64,000 bases of DNA, from positions 1-64,000 of the forward strand of contig JAZDLX010000200.1 of assembly GCA_043801585.1 (NCBI GenBank), written 5' to 3'. The stretch is from a bacterium. GTDB lineage: Bacteria; Electryoneota; Electryoneia; Electryoneales; Electryoneaceae. Each line of letters starts with the position of its first letter. The stretch's first letter is position 1. The position numbers were made by a program, and so were the translations under genes. Below, one piece after another: positions 21,214-30,662 of the stretch. The notes beneath the pieces were generated by a model. That model saw nothing but the letters and a program-made list of their open reading frames with translations. It searched no databases and was not told the origin of the DNA.

Positions 21214-23480
21214 TACGGCGTCGATCGAACCGCCTTTTCGCCGTTCTCATGGCCGCTGCATTGCTTTCAGCAGGGTGCGCCTATTTCAACTCCTTTTACA
21301 ACACGAAAAAGTATTTCAAAGATGGAGAAAAGAAGCGGGGAAGTACCACCACACAGGCTGTGCGACCCCAGGAATACAATAAATCGATCGAGGCAGGTTC
21401 TCGCCTGATTGAATTCTACCCGGAGTCGAAATACATCGATGACACATTGTACCTGATGGGGCAATCCTATTACTGGTTGGGAGACTACCATAAAGCCCAG
21501 AGAAAATTCGAGGAGCTTCAGTCGAATTATCCCGAGAGCCCCTATTTCGACGACTCCCGTCTCTGGATGGGCAAGGTGTTTGTCAAGCTGAAGAAACGTC
21601 AGGAGGCGACGAATACACTCCGCGGATTGATGAGCGATACCCAGGACCCGCTGCTCGTTTCGGGCGCCCAATTTGCAATTGCTGAACTCTATTTCGATGA
21701 TTCACTCTTCGTCAAGGCGGAGGAGCAGTTCCTTAAAGTCACCGAGCTACCCGGAAGCGATGATGTGATCGGCGAGGCGTACTGGAGAGCGGGGGACGCA
21801 GCGTTTCGTGAAGGGCGTTACGAACAGGCCACGGAGTATTTGCGAAATGCGCTGAAGCACACCCTGTCGAAAAGCCTCGTCATCGAGGTTCGGTTGCTCT
21901 ATGGAAAATCCCTGCTGAAAGCGGGACATCCCCAGAAAGCGTTGAACGAGTTTGATTCATTACTGAAAGATAAACGGTATTTCGAGTACCACGACCAGGT
22001 TCTTATCGAACGCGCCATCGCTCATCGTGAAATTGGAAAAAAGGACGAAGCGTGTGCGGAGTTGCAGTCAGTCATTGACAGCTCACCTCGGACGGAAGCG
22101 GCTGCCCAGAGCTACTACCTTCTTGGATTGTGGGCGCTGAAGGACGAAGGAGCGGGAAGGAACTCCCGCGGCTATCTGGAAAAGGCGAAAGTGGAGCGAT
22201 CCCGTTCGTTCTATTCCATGAAAGCCGACACTCTGCTGAATCAAATAAATCAGGTGCAGAGGCTTAGCAACCGTCGTCTGCGACTCGACAGGAGAATTCA
22301 AATCCTGGAAAATTGGATTGCCGATCCGGTGAATCCGGCTGACACGACGGCCCTCATCAAGAAGCCGTATTACAGCAAGACGCTGTTCGACAGCCTGAAG
22401 ATCATTCCGCTGCTCTCGACTGCATACTCACCGGACACCTCATCCACTCAGGACAGCCTTGCACAGATCATGGTTTTCGACCCGAGATCCGTTCTCGATT
22501 CCCTTGCGTACGATCGAGTCGCGCTGCAAACGACCCGTTTTCATCTGGGAGAACTGTTGCTGTTTGACATGGGAGAGCAGGACAGCGCGTTAACGGTCTT
22601 CCGTGAATTGACACAGAGTTCGGGTATCGATTCTGTGCGTGCACGGGCGTGGTTGGCGATCGCCTACCTCCATAAAATGCGAGGCGAACAATCGCAGCAT
22701 GATTCGTTGCTAACCAGGATTGCAGAGGAGTATGCAACCACCCGGTTCGGCACCTTTGCGCTGAAAAAACTCGGCCGTGAGAACGAAACAAAAGAGCTCG
22801 TCAGACCGGATGAAGAGGCGTATCGAGAGGCTGTCTCCCTTTATGTGGATAAGGATCAGCGTCCAGAGGCCTATTCCCGATTTCGCTGGATTATCGACCG
22901 CTATCCCACCTCTCCGCTGGTCGTACCGTCCTATTACGCTGCCGCTTTTATCGCGGCACGGGACATGGGAGATATCGTCACCGCCGAGGAGCTGCTCAAC
23001 CAGTTGGCGAAGGAGTACCCTGCGACCCTCCAGGGACAGCAGGCGAACCTGTTGCTGGCCAGTTTACAGGCAATACGGGACAAGGAAATGTCAGACAGCC
23101 TTGGCACCGGCATGGAAAACAACAGCACCCTGTCCGAGGAGGAACTCGATCAGAAACCGGTCATGGTCGGTGGGCTGGAATCACTTTCGTCCGTACTCGA
23201 TTCACGGGGATTGATGCCTCAGGAGGTTCTCAGGGGAGCGGGCGGTGATGTGCTTTTGCGTTACATTGTCCACGCCGACGGGAGTGCCAGCAATTTTCGC
23301 GTTGTCCTCGAAGATCCACCGGGCCGTGGATTGGCTCGCGCATTGATCAGTGGCCTCCAATTGATGGATTATGCGCCGGGTTTGAAAAATGGCAAAAAGG
23401 TGGATGCACGGGTTGAACACCGCTTTTCGCTGCCCCTCGACGCACCACCTAACGTGAGACCGTTACCGAAGAGACGGTGA
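21210..23480 (+). CDS. TPR-repeat lipoprotein with C-terminal TonB_C-like domain
   Basis: ATG at 21210 after GGAGG, overlapping the cobB stop; lipobox 'LSAGC'; repeated 'YPxS' TPR units; C-terminal 'KPVMVGG...GDVLLRYIVHADG...YAPGLKNGKKV'. Confidence 0.8.
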   Translation: MIRRRSNRLFAVLMAAALLSAGCAYFNSFYNTKKYFKDGEKKRGSTTTQAVRPQEYNKSIEAGSRLIEFYPESKYIDDTLYLMGQSYYWLGDYHKAQRKFEELQSNYPESPYFDDSRLWMGKVFVKLKKRQEATNTLRGLMSDTQDPLLVSGAQFAIAELYFDDSLFVKAEEQFLKVTELPGSDDVIGEAYWRAGDAAFREGRYEQATEYLRNALKHTLSKSLVIEVRLLYGKSLLKAGHPQKALNEFDSLLKDKRYFEYHDQVLIERAIAHREIGKKDEACAELQSVIDSSPRTEAAAQSYYLLGLWALKDEGAGRNSRGYLEKAKVERSRSFYSMKADTLLNQINQVQRLSNRRLRLDRRIQILENWIADPVNPADTTALIKKPYYSKTLFDSLKIIPLLSTAYSPDTSSTQDSLAQIMVFDPRSVLDSLAYDRVALQTTRFHLGELLLFDMGEQDSALTVFRELTQSSGIDSVRARAWLAIAYLHKMRGEQSQHDSLLTRIAEEYATTRFGTFALKKLGRENETKELVRPDEEAYREAVSLYVDKDQRPEAYSRFRWIIDRYPTSPLVVPSYYAAAFIAARDMGDIVTAEELLNQLAKEYPATLQGQQANLLLASLQAIRDKEMSDSLGTGMENNSTLSEEELDQKPVMVGGLESLSSVLDSRGLMPQEVLRGAGGDVLLRYIVHADGSASNFRVVLEDPPGRGLARALISGLQLMDYAPGLKNGKKVDARVEHRFSLPLDAPPNVRPLPKRR

Positions 23481-24292
23481 GCGTGAAGACCCTCGAAAAC
23501 GCTACAGTTGTGAGTCATCGCCAAATTCGGGAGAGGATCGTCTCGCTGTGGCTGCGTGCCCCCAGGATTGCCGGACGAGCGCACCCCGGCCAATTCGTCC
23601 ACGTTCGTGTTTCACAGGCTTTCCAACCTCTTTTACGCCGTCCAATCAGTATCGGTCGAGTCCATGGAGATGAGCTGGAGCTCGTCTGGCGGATTGTCGG
23701 TGCCGGCACTGAAATCCTGGCGCGCGCTCAACCCGATGATGTTGTCGATCTGCTCGGACCGCTCGGACGGCCGTTCACGATTGATCCAAACGTGGACAAA
23801 TCGTTGCTGGTTGGAGGCGGCCTCGGAGCCCCGCCCGTCGTCTATCTCTATGAACGTCTGAAATCGCTCGGGAAAGACGCCTCGTTAATCGTTGGCGCTC
23901 GATCCAGAGCGGACCTACCGCTCGCGGATGACGACCCCCTTTTGCGCGGAATCACCGTCGTCACCGAGGCGAAAGACAAGCATTTCCGGACGGGACTCGC
24001 AACAGAGCCTCTCATGGAATTGCTATCGAAGCGGCGCAACGAAGGCGCCCTCGAACACACCGCGGTTTATTCCTGCGGGCCCTGGGGACTTGTCGGTGCA
24101 CTCCAGAAAACAATTCCACGCGGCGATCTGAAAGTTGTGGAGGTCTCCCTGGAGCAGCAGATGGGTTGTGGCGTCGGGGTCTGCCAGGGGTGCGCGGTCG
24201 TCGCCGAGGGTGGGCCGACTCCGTACAGATTGACCTGTTCGGACGGACCGGTGTTCGATCTCTTTTCCGTGGAGGTGCCCGGTGTCCTTTAG
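23477..24292 (+). CDS. pyrK: Dihydroorotate dehydrogenase B electron-transfer subunit
   Basis: 'PGQFV', 'LLRRPIS', 'GPLG', 'VGGGLG', 'CGP', [2Fe-2S] motif 'MGCGVGVCQGC...CSDGPVF'. Confidence 0.95.
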   Translation: MSVKTLENATVVSHRQIRERIVSLWLRAPRIAGRAHPGQFVHVRVSQAFQPLLRRPISIGRVHGDELELVWRIVGAGTEILARAQPDDVVDLLGPLGRPFTIDPNVDKSLLVGGGLGAPPVVYLYERLKSLGKDASLIVGARSRADLPLADDDPLLRGITVVTEAKDKHFRTGLATEPLMELLSKRRNEGALEHTAVYSCGPWGLVGALQKTIPRGDLKVVEVSLEQQMGCGVGVCQGCAVVAEGGPTPYRLTCSDGPVFDLFSVEVPGVL

Positions 24293-25226
24293 CCTGAAAA
24301 CCACGGTTGGCTCCCTGACGATGAACAGCCCGATCATAGCCGCGTCCGGTTGCTACGGGTACGGTATCGAATACAGGGATGTTGCTGATCCATCGCACCT
24401 CGGCGCATTTGTCACGAAGAGTATTTCACTGGAACAGTGGAAGGGAAATCCACCGCCACGGCTTGCGGAGGTCGGCCCCGGATTGATCAACAGCATTGGC
24501 CTCGCAAACATGGGCGTCGGCAACTTCCTGAAGGAAATAGGACCTCAACTGACGGAACTCGGCACAAAAGTGATTGTGTCGGTCGCCTGCAAGGTGATGG
24601 AAGAATACCCACAGGTGGTCGAACGCCTGGAGGAGTGCACGGCCATCGACGGGTACGAATTGAACATCAGTTGCCCGAACGTGAAAGAAGGGGGAATGGC
24701 TTTCAGCCAGAATCCGCGTATCACGGAACAACTCGTTTCCACCGTGCGAAAAGTGACCGGCAAGTGGTTCACGTCGAAACTCACCCCGAACGTCGCCAGC
24801 GTGAAGGATGGCGCCCTGGCCGCTGAAGCGGGCGGCAGCAATGCCATCAGCCTGATCAACACTCTTGTGGGCATGGCGGTCGACTGGAGAACCAAACGCC
24901 CAAGGGTTGCGACAATCACCGGCGGATATTCCGGTCCGCCGATTAAACCCGTCGCCCTCGCCAAAGTCTGGGAAGCCTGCAATGCTGTCAAGATTCCTGT
25001 CATCGGCATCGGCGGTATTGTCTCCTGGACCGATGTGCTCGAATTCATGATCGTCGGGGCAACTGCAGTACAGGTCGGTACGGCGCTCTATGCGGATCCG
25101 CAGATACCGCAGAAATTGAATGAGGAATTGACAAAATATGGGACTGAACATAGCTTGAGCTCGTTGTCCGAAATCGTTGGAAGTCTGAAGACGGATCGAG
25201 CAGCCATGGTTGGAGTCTCCAGTTGA
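24282..25226 (+). CDS. pyrD: Dihydroorotate dehydrogenase family 1B catalytic subunit
   Basis: 'ASGC', 'GNPPPR', 'NSIGLAN', 'LNISCPNV', 'KLTPN', 'INT', 'GGYSG'. Confidence 0.97.
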   Translation: MSFSLKTTVGSLTMNSPIIAASGCYGYGIEYRDVADPSHLGAFVTKSISLEQWKGNPPPRLAEVGPGLINSIGLANMGVGNFLKEIGPQLTELGTKVIVSVACKVMEEYPQVVERLEECTAIDGYELNISCPNVKEGGMAFSQNPRITEQLVSTVRKVTGKWFTSKLTPNVASVKDGALAAEAGGSNAISLINTLVGMAVDWRTKRPRVATITGGYSGPPIKPVALAKVWEACNAVKIPVIGIGGIVSWTDVLEFMIVGATAVQVGTALYADPQIPQKLNEELTKYGTEHSLSSLSEIVGSLKTDRAAMVGVSS

Positions 25227-25714
25227 TGGTGCGGATCGGTGCGATAATAAGGTACGCCGTTCTGGTTCTGATCGCTTTTAATGCGCTGATCGGACTGACT
25301 GCGTGTACTCCGGCTCCTGTCTATCGTGGAACCCGGACGGGTACAGCATCACCCCCGGCGACGAACAGACACTCGACGGGCCTCGAATCGGCCGAGAGTT
25401 TCCGCATTGGACAGGTTCTGGTTGGCGAAGCGAGTTTTTATGGCCCCGGATTTCACGGGAAACTGACCGCCAACGGCGAGACTTACAATCAGAACGACTT
25501 GACGTGTGCCCATAAAACCCTTCCCTTCAACACGAAATTGCGCGTTACCTTCATGCCAACCGGCAAAACGGTGGTCGTTCGGGTCAACGATCGCGGCCCG
25601 TACAAACGCGGACGTATCCTCGACTTGAGCGTTGAGGCGGCCCGGCGTCTTGGCATGTACGAGATCGGCACGGGCATCGTCCGAGCGCAGATTATCGCCC
25701 TGGGAGACATGTGA
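25223..25714 (+). CDS. rlpA: RlpA-family lipoprotein (DPBB domain only, no SPOR)
   Basis: Lipobox 'LTAC'; 'GEASFYG..FHGKLTANGE', 'AHKTLPF', 'VRVNDRGP', 'LDLS..AA'. Confidence 0.92.
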   Translation: MMVRIGAIIRYAVLVLIAFNALIGLTACTPAPVYRGTRTGTASPPATNRHSTGLESAESFRIGQVLVGEASFYGPGFHGKLTANGETYNQNDLTCAHKTLPFNTKLRVTFMPTGKTVVVRVNDRGPYKRGRILDLSVEAARRLGMYEIGTGIVRAQIIALGDM

Positions 25715-26535
25715 ACAACCTTTTCAAGCGAGTCCTCGTTGGGGCAATCGGCATTCCATTCGCTCTCGTTGTCATTTACTTCGGCGGATGGACGTTCACC
25801 ATCGTGATTTCGATCATCGCGGCCGGCACCGCCTATGAATTGATCCGTGTCGCCAAACGAATTCCCATCGAAACCACCCCCTGGATTGCAGTGATCGCTT
25901 CCGCAGCCATGCCGGTCGTCAGCATGCTGTGGGGAGTGAGTGGGATGATGATTTTCTTTCTGCTGACCGTTCTCGTGCTCTCCATTTCATCGCTGCTGAA
26001 GTCTCCTGCCCAGGGATTCGCCGGCATCATGCTGAACGTTTTTACCGTGGTTTACAGCGGCATCCTGTTCAGTGCCATGATTCTTCTCCGCAATTCTGGA
26101 ATTGAAAATGATGTCATCCGCGGTGGATGGCTGCTGCTCTTCGCCATGGCGGGCGTCTGGATTGCGGACTCCGCGGCTTTTTTCGTCGGATCGTATCTCG
26201 GCCGCCACCGTATGTCCCCGGTACTGTCACCGAACAAAACCTACGAGGGAACGATCTGCGGCATCCTTGCTGCTGTTGCCTGGGGTATCTGGGCGCCGAT
26301 GATGCCGGAAGCATTTCTTGGCTTCGCCGACCGTGCCGTTCTTGGGGCTATCATCGGCGTGATGGCAGTGCTTGGGGATTTGACGGAATCGATGATCAAA
26401 CGAGCAGTCAACCTGAAAGATTCGAGTAATCTGTTTCCGGGACACGGCGGGATGCTGGATCGCTTTGACAGTCTGCTGATCGTGCTGCCGTCGGTGTATG
26501 TATACCTGGTGCTGCGGGGGATTCTGACGATGTAG
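25711..26535 (+). CDS. cdsA: Phosphatidate cytidylyltransferase
   Basis: 'DSAAFFVG', 'SPNKTYEG', 'GDLTESMIKR', 'KDSSNLFPGHGGMLDRFDS'. Confidence 0.97.
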   Translation: MNNLFKRVLVGAIGIPFALVVIYFGGWTFTIVISIIAAGTAYELIRVAKRIPIETTPWIAVIASAAMPVVSMLWGVSGMMIFFLLTVLVLSISSLLKSPAQGFAGIMLNVFTVVYSGILFSAMILLRNSGIENDVIRGGWLLLFAMAGVWIADSAAFFVGSYLGRHRMSPVLSPNKTYEGTICGILAAVAWGIWAPMMPEAFLGFADRAVLGAIIGVMAVLGDLTESMIKRAVNLKDSSNLFPGHGGMLDRFDSLLIVLPSVYVYLVLRGILTM

Positions 26536-26544
26536 GGATTCTTC

Positions 26545-28035
26545 CTATCCCTGGATGATGACTTTGTTCTCACCCTCATTGAGTCCTTCAGCCTTCGAAA
26601 CGACGCCTTCCGCCGGGATCTCGAGGACAAATTTCGCCCCACCCAACGCTTCTGACCGTTCCACCCAGGCATCTCCACCGTGCTGCTGCGCCACGCTCCG
26701 CACAATCGGAAGGCCAAGACCGATCCCAGAGCTTTTTGTGGTTCGGTAAGGTTCGAAGATGGATTGACGATCCTGGTCCGGCACACCCGGACCGTTGTCC
26801 TCGACGATGAACCGAAGAGAGTCGTTCACCTGCGCAAGCGAAATTCTCACCGGGACGTTCTCGCCAGACGCCTGGAATGCGTTTTCCACCAGGTTGATCA
26901 ACGCTCGTTTCAGCTTTTCACGATCGACCGGAATCTCCATGTCCCCCGCGAGGAGAACACATTCTACCCGGCCCGGGTAGAGACCTGACAGCTCCTCGAC
27001 GATCCGTGCGGGTGGGCACGGCGCGGTATCCAGCTGTGGCGCTCGGGCAAAATCGCTGAACTCACGGACCAGGCGGCGAAGGCTTTCCACTTCCTCATTG
27101 ACAATCTCCCGTGTGGTTTGCAGCAGCCGTGCATACCGTTCATCGGATCCATCGTAGGAATCCGTTATCTGCTGCACCGAGAGCTGGATCGGTGTGAGTG
27201 GATTCTTGATTTCATGGGCGAGCACCCTGGCCAACTCTCGCCAGCCCGCCATTTTCTCCATGTCCGCCGCTCGTCTCCGGCTTTGTTCAAGACGGTCGAT
27301 CATCAGGTTGAACGCCGAAGCCAACCGGCGCACTTCACCACCGCCTTCGACGCGGGCACGCAGATCGCTTCCCTCTCCGACGGCGTCCATAACATCGGCA
27401 AGCCGTTCGATACGGCGTGTCGCCGGCACAACAACGATCAGCGCCGCGCCAACAGCCAGTCCAACCACAACGAGGTGAGCCAACAGGTAGGTCAGGACGA
27501 GGCTCATCAGGAGACGGTTGCGATCGTAGCGACGCAAGGTCCATTGTGCTCGTGCGCTTTGGAGGTCCAACGCCTGTGTACGGATTTCATCGGAAACGTT
27601 GTGAGTCAGCCGCCATTCGTGTCCACGATACGTGGTATCCGAAGCCAGGACCTCCGGGATACCTCCAAATGCAGCTTCCTCTGTCTCTGCGGGAGCGGAA
27701 GGGACCCACTTCCCACCTTGATAGTTGTACCAATCGGCGCCCTGTTTTGCGTAAAGAAACTCCCCGTCGGGCAGCCACAGGGAGCCGGGCGCGGATGCCG
27801 GGGGAGGGGACAGGGTATGAATGGCTGAGTTCAAACGTCGATCCATGCCACTTCTGATTTCTGAGAGAAGGGTACGGGTCAGGAAAACGCCGGAGTCGAG
27901 GGCATCGGAAACCTGGGATGGGGCGAGACTCGAAGCGCTTACTTCGACCGCCGACTTTACCACAATCAGCATTGGAATCAGCGGCAGGATTCCGGCGAGA
28001 GCCAGTGCGATAATCAGGCGCCAGCGCAGTTTCAT
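26545..28035 (-). CDS. NtrY-like membrane sensor histidine kinase (TM-periplasmic-TM-HAMP-HisKA-HATPase)
   Basis: H-box 'WRELARVLAHEIKNPLTPI'; 'NLVENA', 'DNGPG', 'GIGLGL'. ATG at 28035 overlaps the upstream stop. Confidence 0.9.
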   Translation of the reverse strand: MKLRWRLIIALALAGILPLIPMLIVVKSAVEVSASSLAPSQVSDALDSGVFLTRTLLSEIRSGMDRRLNSAIHTLSPPPASAPGSLWLPDGEFLYAKQGADWYNYQGGKWVPSAPAETEEAAFGGIPEVLASDTTYRGHEWRLTHNVSDEIRTQALDLQSARAQWTLRRYDRNRLLMSLVLTYLLAHLVVVGLAVGAALIVVVPATRRIERLADVMDAVGEGSDLRARVEGGGEVRRLASAFNLMIDRLEQSRRRAADMEKMAGWRELARVLAHEIKNPLTPIQLSVQQITDSYDGSDERYARLLQTTREIVNEEVESLRRLVREFSDFARAPQLDTAPCPPARIVEELSGLYPGRVECVLLAGDMEIPVDREKLKRALINLVENAFQASGENVPVRISLAQVNDSLRFIVEDNGPGVPDQDRQSIFEPYRTTKSSGIGLGLPIVRSVAQQHGGDAWVERSEALGGAKFVLEIPAEGVVSKAEGLNEGENKVIIQG

Positions 28036-28673
28036 GGCTGACTCCCGGCAGGAGAACGTTCCGGAAGCTTCGCTGTCGTCGACCACTTGCTCTTTTCTGT
28101 GCGTGAACGTCCCCTGCGGAACAACCAGCCCGTGAGACCTTGCAGCTCTCGTTCCAGAGAGCCCACCTGTTTCGTCCCGTCTTCCGCCACATTAACCGGG
28201 TACGCTTCGACCTGGACGCGAACAAACCATTCTTCATTCCGGGGGATGTCCGCAGGATGGAGGATGAGAATCAGGTCGTTTCGGAACAGTTTATCCACCG
28301 TCGCCAGGCTTTTAATCGCCAACGCTCCGATCGGTGCAAGTACACGATAACGATCAGTCCACACGTTGTATTCGACTGTCACTTCCTGGTGAATGGTCTT
28401 GCTGAAACCGGTGCGGAAAAGTTGTATCTGAAAATCGAAACGGATCGGCACACCTGTTTGCAGGGTTCTTACATGGACGGTTGACAGGGGTGATTCAATC
28501 TTTGGATGGATGATGGCGAGGGAATCCTCCCAGAATGCTTCCACTCCCGCGATAGCGATTCCATTCTGTGCTTCAGCGGAATTCGCCAAAAAGAGCACGA
28601 GCAGGCTGCATGGAATCACCCACAGGATGACCCCGCGAAACGATATCGAGACTTTATCACTCAAACCTGCCAT
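28032..28673 (-). CDS. DUF4390-like exported protein
   Basis: Signal peptide; 'LQTGVPIRFDFQIQL', 'VEYNVWTDRYRV'; located immediately upstream of an NtrY-like kinase. Confidence 0.7.
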   Translation of the reverse strand: MAGLSDKVSISFRGVILWVIPCSLLVLFLANSAEAQNGIAIAGVEAFWEDSLAIIHPKIESPLSTVHVRTLQTGVPIRFDFQIQLFRTGFSKTIHQEVTVEYNVWTDRYRVLAPIGALAIKSLATVDKLFRNDLILILHPADIPRNEEWFVRVQVEAYPVNVAEDGTKQVGSLERELQGLTGWLFRRGRSRTEKSKWSTTAKLPERSPAGSQP

Positions 28674-28688
28674 GCTGTCAAATCCGTT

Positions 28689-30647
28689 CTATTCGCCTTC
28701 CAGAAGATGAAACAACGCAAGGTCCAGGTCGTGGGTCGGCTCGAAGGATTTACCGTCCACAATCACCGCTGCACGCGCTTTGCCGCCGTTCGATGGGTAG
28801 GTTTCCATAAGAGTCCAGGGGGTCTCCTGATCCGGATCGAACGCACGGAAAAGGGTTCCGCTGGGGGCCCGTTTCAGTAATTCGCGACGCATTTCGCCGA
28901 TTCCATCGCCAGTCAACAGATCAACCACAGGGGGTGTGGCGACAAACCTGCGCAGCGCCCGTCCATAAACCGCATCGCGCATGCGAAACGGTGGATGCAT
29001 CTCTTCCAGCCCACCCACCAAAGCCTGTGCACGTTCGTGCCAGCTTGTTTCACGTGTGATCGTCGCAATCACTGCAACGGCATGCGACAGCCGGGCATTG
29101 GCATCGAACGGCGTATAGGGATGCTTCAGAGCGCCGTATTCCTGCTCTCGCATCAAATGGTCAAAACAGCCCGGTCCCTGATCATCGCCAACGATTTCAA
29201 AGGTTTCCTCTGTCAATTGAACCGCCCGAAGGAGGTCTTTGGCTCTTCCGGATATCCTGTATAATTCAAGAAATCCATGAATCACTTCAACTTGATCTGA
29301 AAGGTACAACGTATCGGCGTCATCGCCTCGAATCTCATGGAGCATGCCGCCCTTTTCCGCACGTCCCTGAATCCAGAGCAGGTCGGCGATTTCGAATGCC
29401 CGTTGCAGGCTGCGGGGTTTGTCAAGGAAGATAGCCGCGTTTGCAAGGGCTTTGATCGCCTGTCCCTGTACATGGGTAAAAAACCTGGATTCCACCGCAG
29501 GAATCTGCCGCGTCATGGACGTGCGGTGGAGCGCTTCTATCCCCTCTTCGATGTGCTTTTGAACCTCCTCCTGCGTCATTTCAAGACGAAACGCGATCTG
29601 GTAGGGGGTAATGCGTTCCTCGAGGCTGAACCGTCCACCGGCACCCGGAATCGGGGTGCCAAAAGGCAGTCCAAAATAGGTGATCAGCACCATAGCGGTC
29701 GTTTCATTATCGACGGACTTCCGGATTTCCTTCTCCGTCCACCCGAAAAAGCTCCCGCGATCACCGGGTATACCGTCTGAATCGAGAACGGCATAGAAGA
29801 GGCCGGTCTCATCGCCGAGCATTCCCTCCATGTCGCGAAGAATGCCGGAAGCCACTTTTCGCGCAGGCTCATCCTGGGTCTGACGGTAGGCTTCAAGGTA
29901 CGCTTCAAGGAGCGCCATGTTTTCGGTTAAGATCTTGTCATATTGTGGGTTACGCCAGGATTCGTCCTCACAATAACGGTGGAATCCACCTGAAATTGGA
30001 TCTCGCAAGGGGCTCTTGCGCATCGTTTCGAGGGTGACATAGGCCAACTTGCGGATGTCCAGGGATGAATCCTCGAGCAGGAAGAGCAGCAGGTCAGGCA
30101 GTGGGAATTTCGGATATCTCCCGAAACCGTGGTATTTCGTGTCGAACCACGCCATTGCATCGTGACGGATGCTGTCCAGCGTCGACGCAGCACTTGTGAA
30201 ATCCAACCCCGATCGAAGCCGGGGGAGTTGCGGAGGTGGAGCTTTCTCAATCTCCGCGATGATCTCTTCACGATGATCCCTGTAATACTGATGCACCTGC
30301 TCCAGTGCCTGCCGTGTCACGGTAAGGCTGAGGTCCGTTCGCCCGTGCAACAGTTCTCCTGTCGGAGTCAGAAAGCATAGCGCGGGCCATGCCCCCTGGT
30401 TGTACCGTTCGGCGACATCCGGAGTGTCCATCGCATCCACGCGCACAGGCAAATAGTGGTCATGAATCAGTTCAAGGACCTTGGGGTCCCTCAGCACGTT
30501 CAGTTCGAAGAGATGGACGGGGTGGCCCCAGGACGTCGTCAAGTAGAGCAGGATTGGTCTGTCCTGGTGTTGAGCTGTTTCAAATAAGGTCCGTCCCCAT
30601 TCCAGCCAGGGGATGCGAGGGGATGTATCTCGACGTTTCGAAGACAT
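28689..30647 (-). CDS. YyaL/DUF255-like thioredoxin-domain plus six-hairpin protein, lacking CxxC
   Basis: 'IPWLEWG', 'VRVDA...PDV', 'GAWP..CFLTP', 'GFGRYPKFP', 'GGFHRY', 'YDKIL..N'. Confidence 0.85.
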   Translation of the reverse strand: MSSKRRDTSPRIPWLEWGRTLFETAQHQDRPILLYLTTSWGHPVHLFELNVLRDPKVLELIHDHYLPVRVDAMDTPDVAERYNQGAWPALCFLTPTGELLHGRTDLSLTVTRQALEQVHQYYRDHREEIIAEIEKAPPPQLPRLRSGLDFTSAASTLDSIRHDAMAWFDTKYHGFGRYPKFPLPDLLLFLLEDSSLDIRKLAYVTLETMRKSPLRDPISGGFHRYCEDESWRNPQYDKILTENMALLEAYLEAYRQTQDEPARKVASGILRDMEGMLGDETGLFYAVLDSDGIPGDRGSFFGWTEKEIRKSVDNETTAMVLITYFGLPFGTPIPGAGGRFSLEERITPYQIAFRLEMTQEEVQKHIEEGIEALHRTSMTRQIPAVESRFFTHVQGQAIKALANAAIFLDKPRSLQRAFEIADLLWIQGRAEKGGMLHEIRGDDADTLYLSDQVEVIHGFLELYRISGRAKDLLRAVQLTEETFEIVGDDQGPGCFDHLMREQEYGALKHPYTPFDANARLSHAVAVIATITRETSWHERAQALVGGLEEMHPPFRMRDAVYGRALRRFVATPPVVDLLTGDGIGEMRRELLKRAPSGTLFRAFDPDQETPWTLMETYPSNGGKARAAVIVDGKSFEPTHDLDLALFHLLEGE

Positions 30648-30662
30648 GGATCTGATCTCGTT

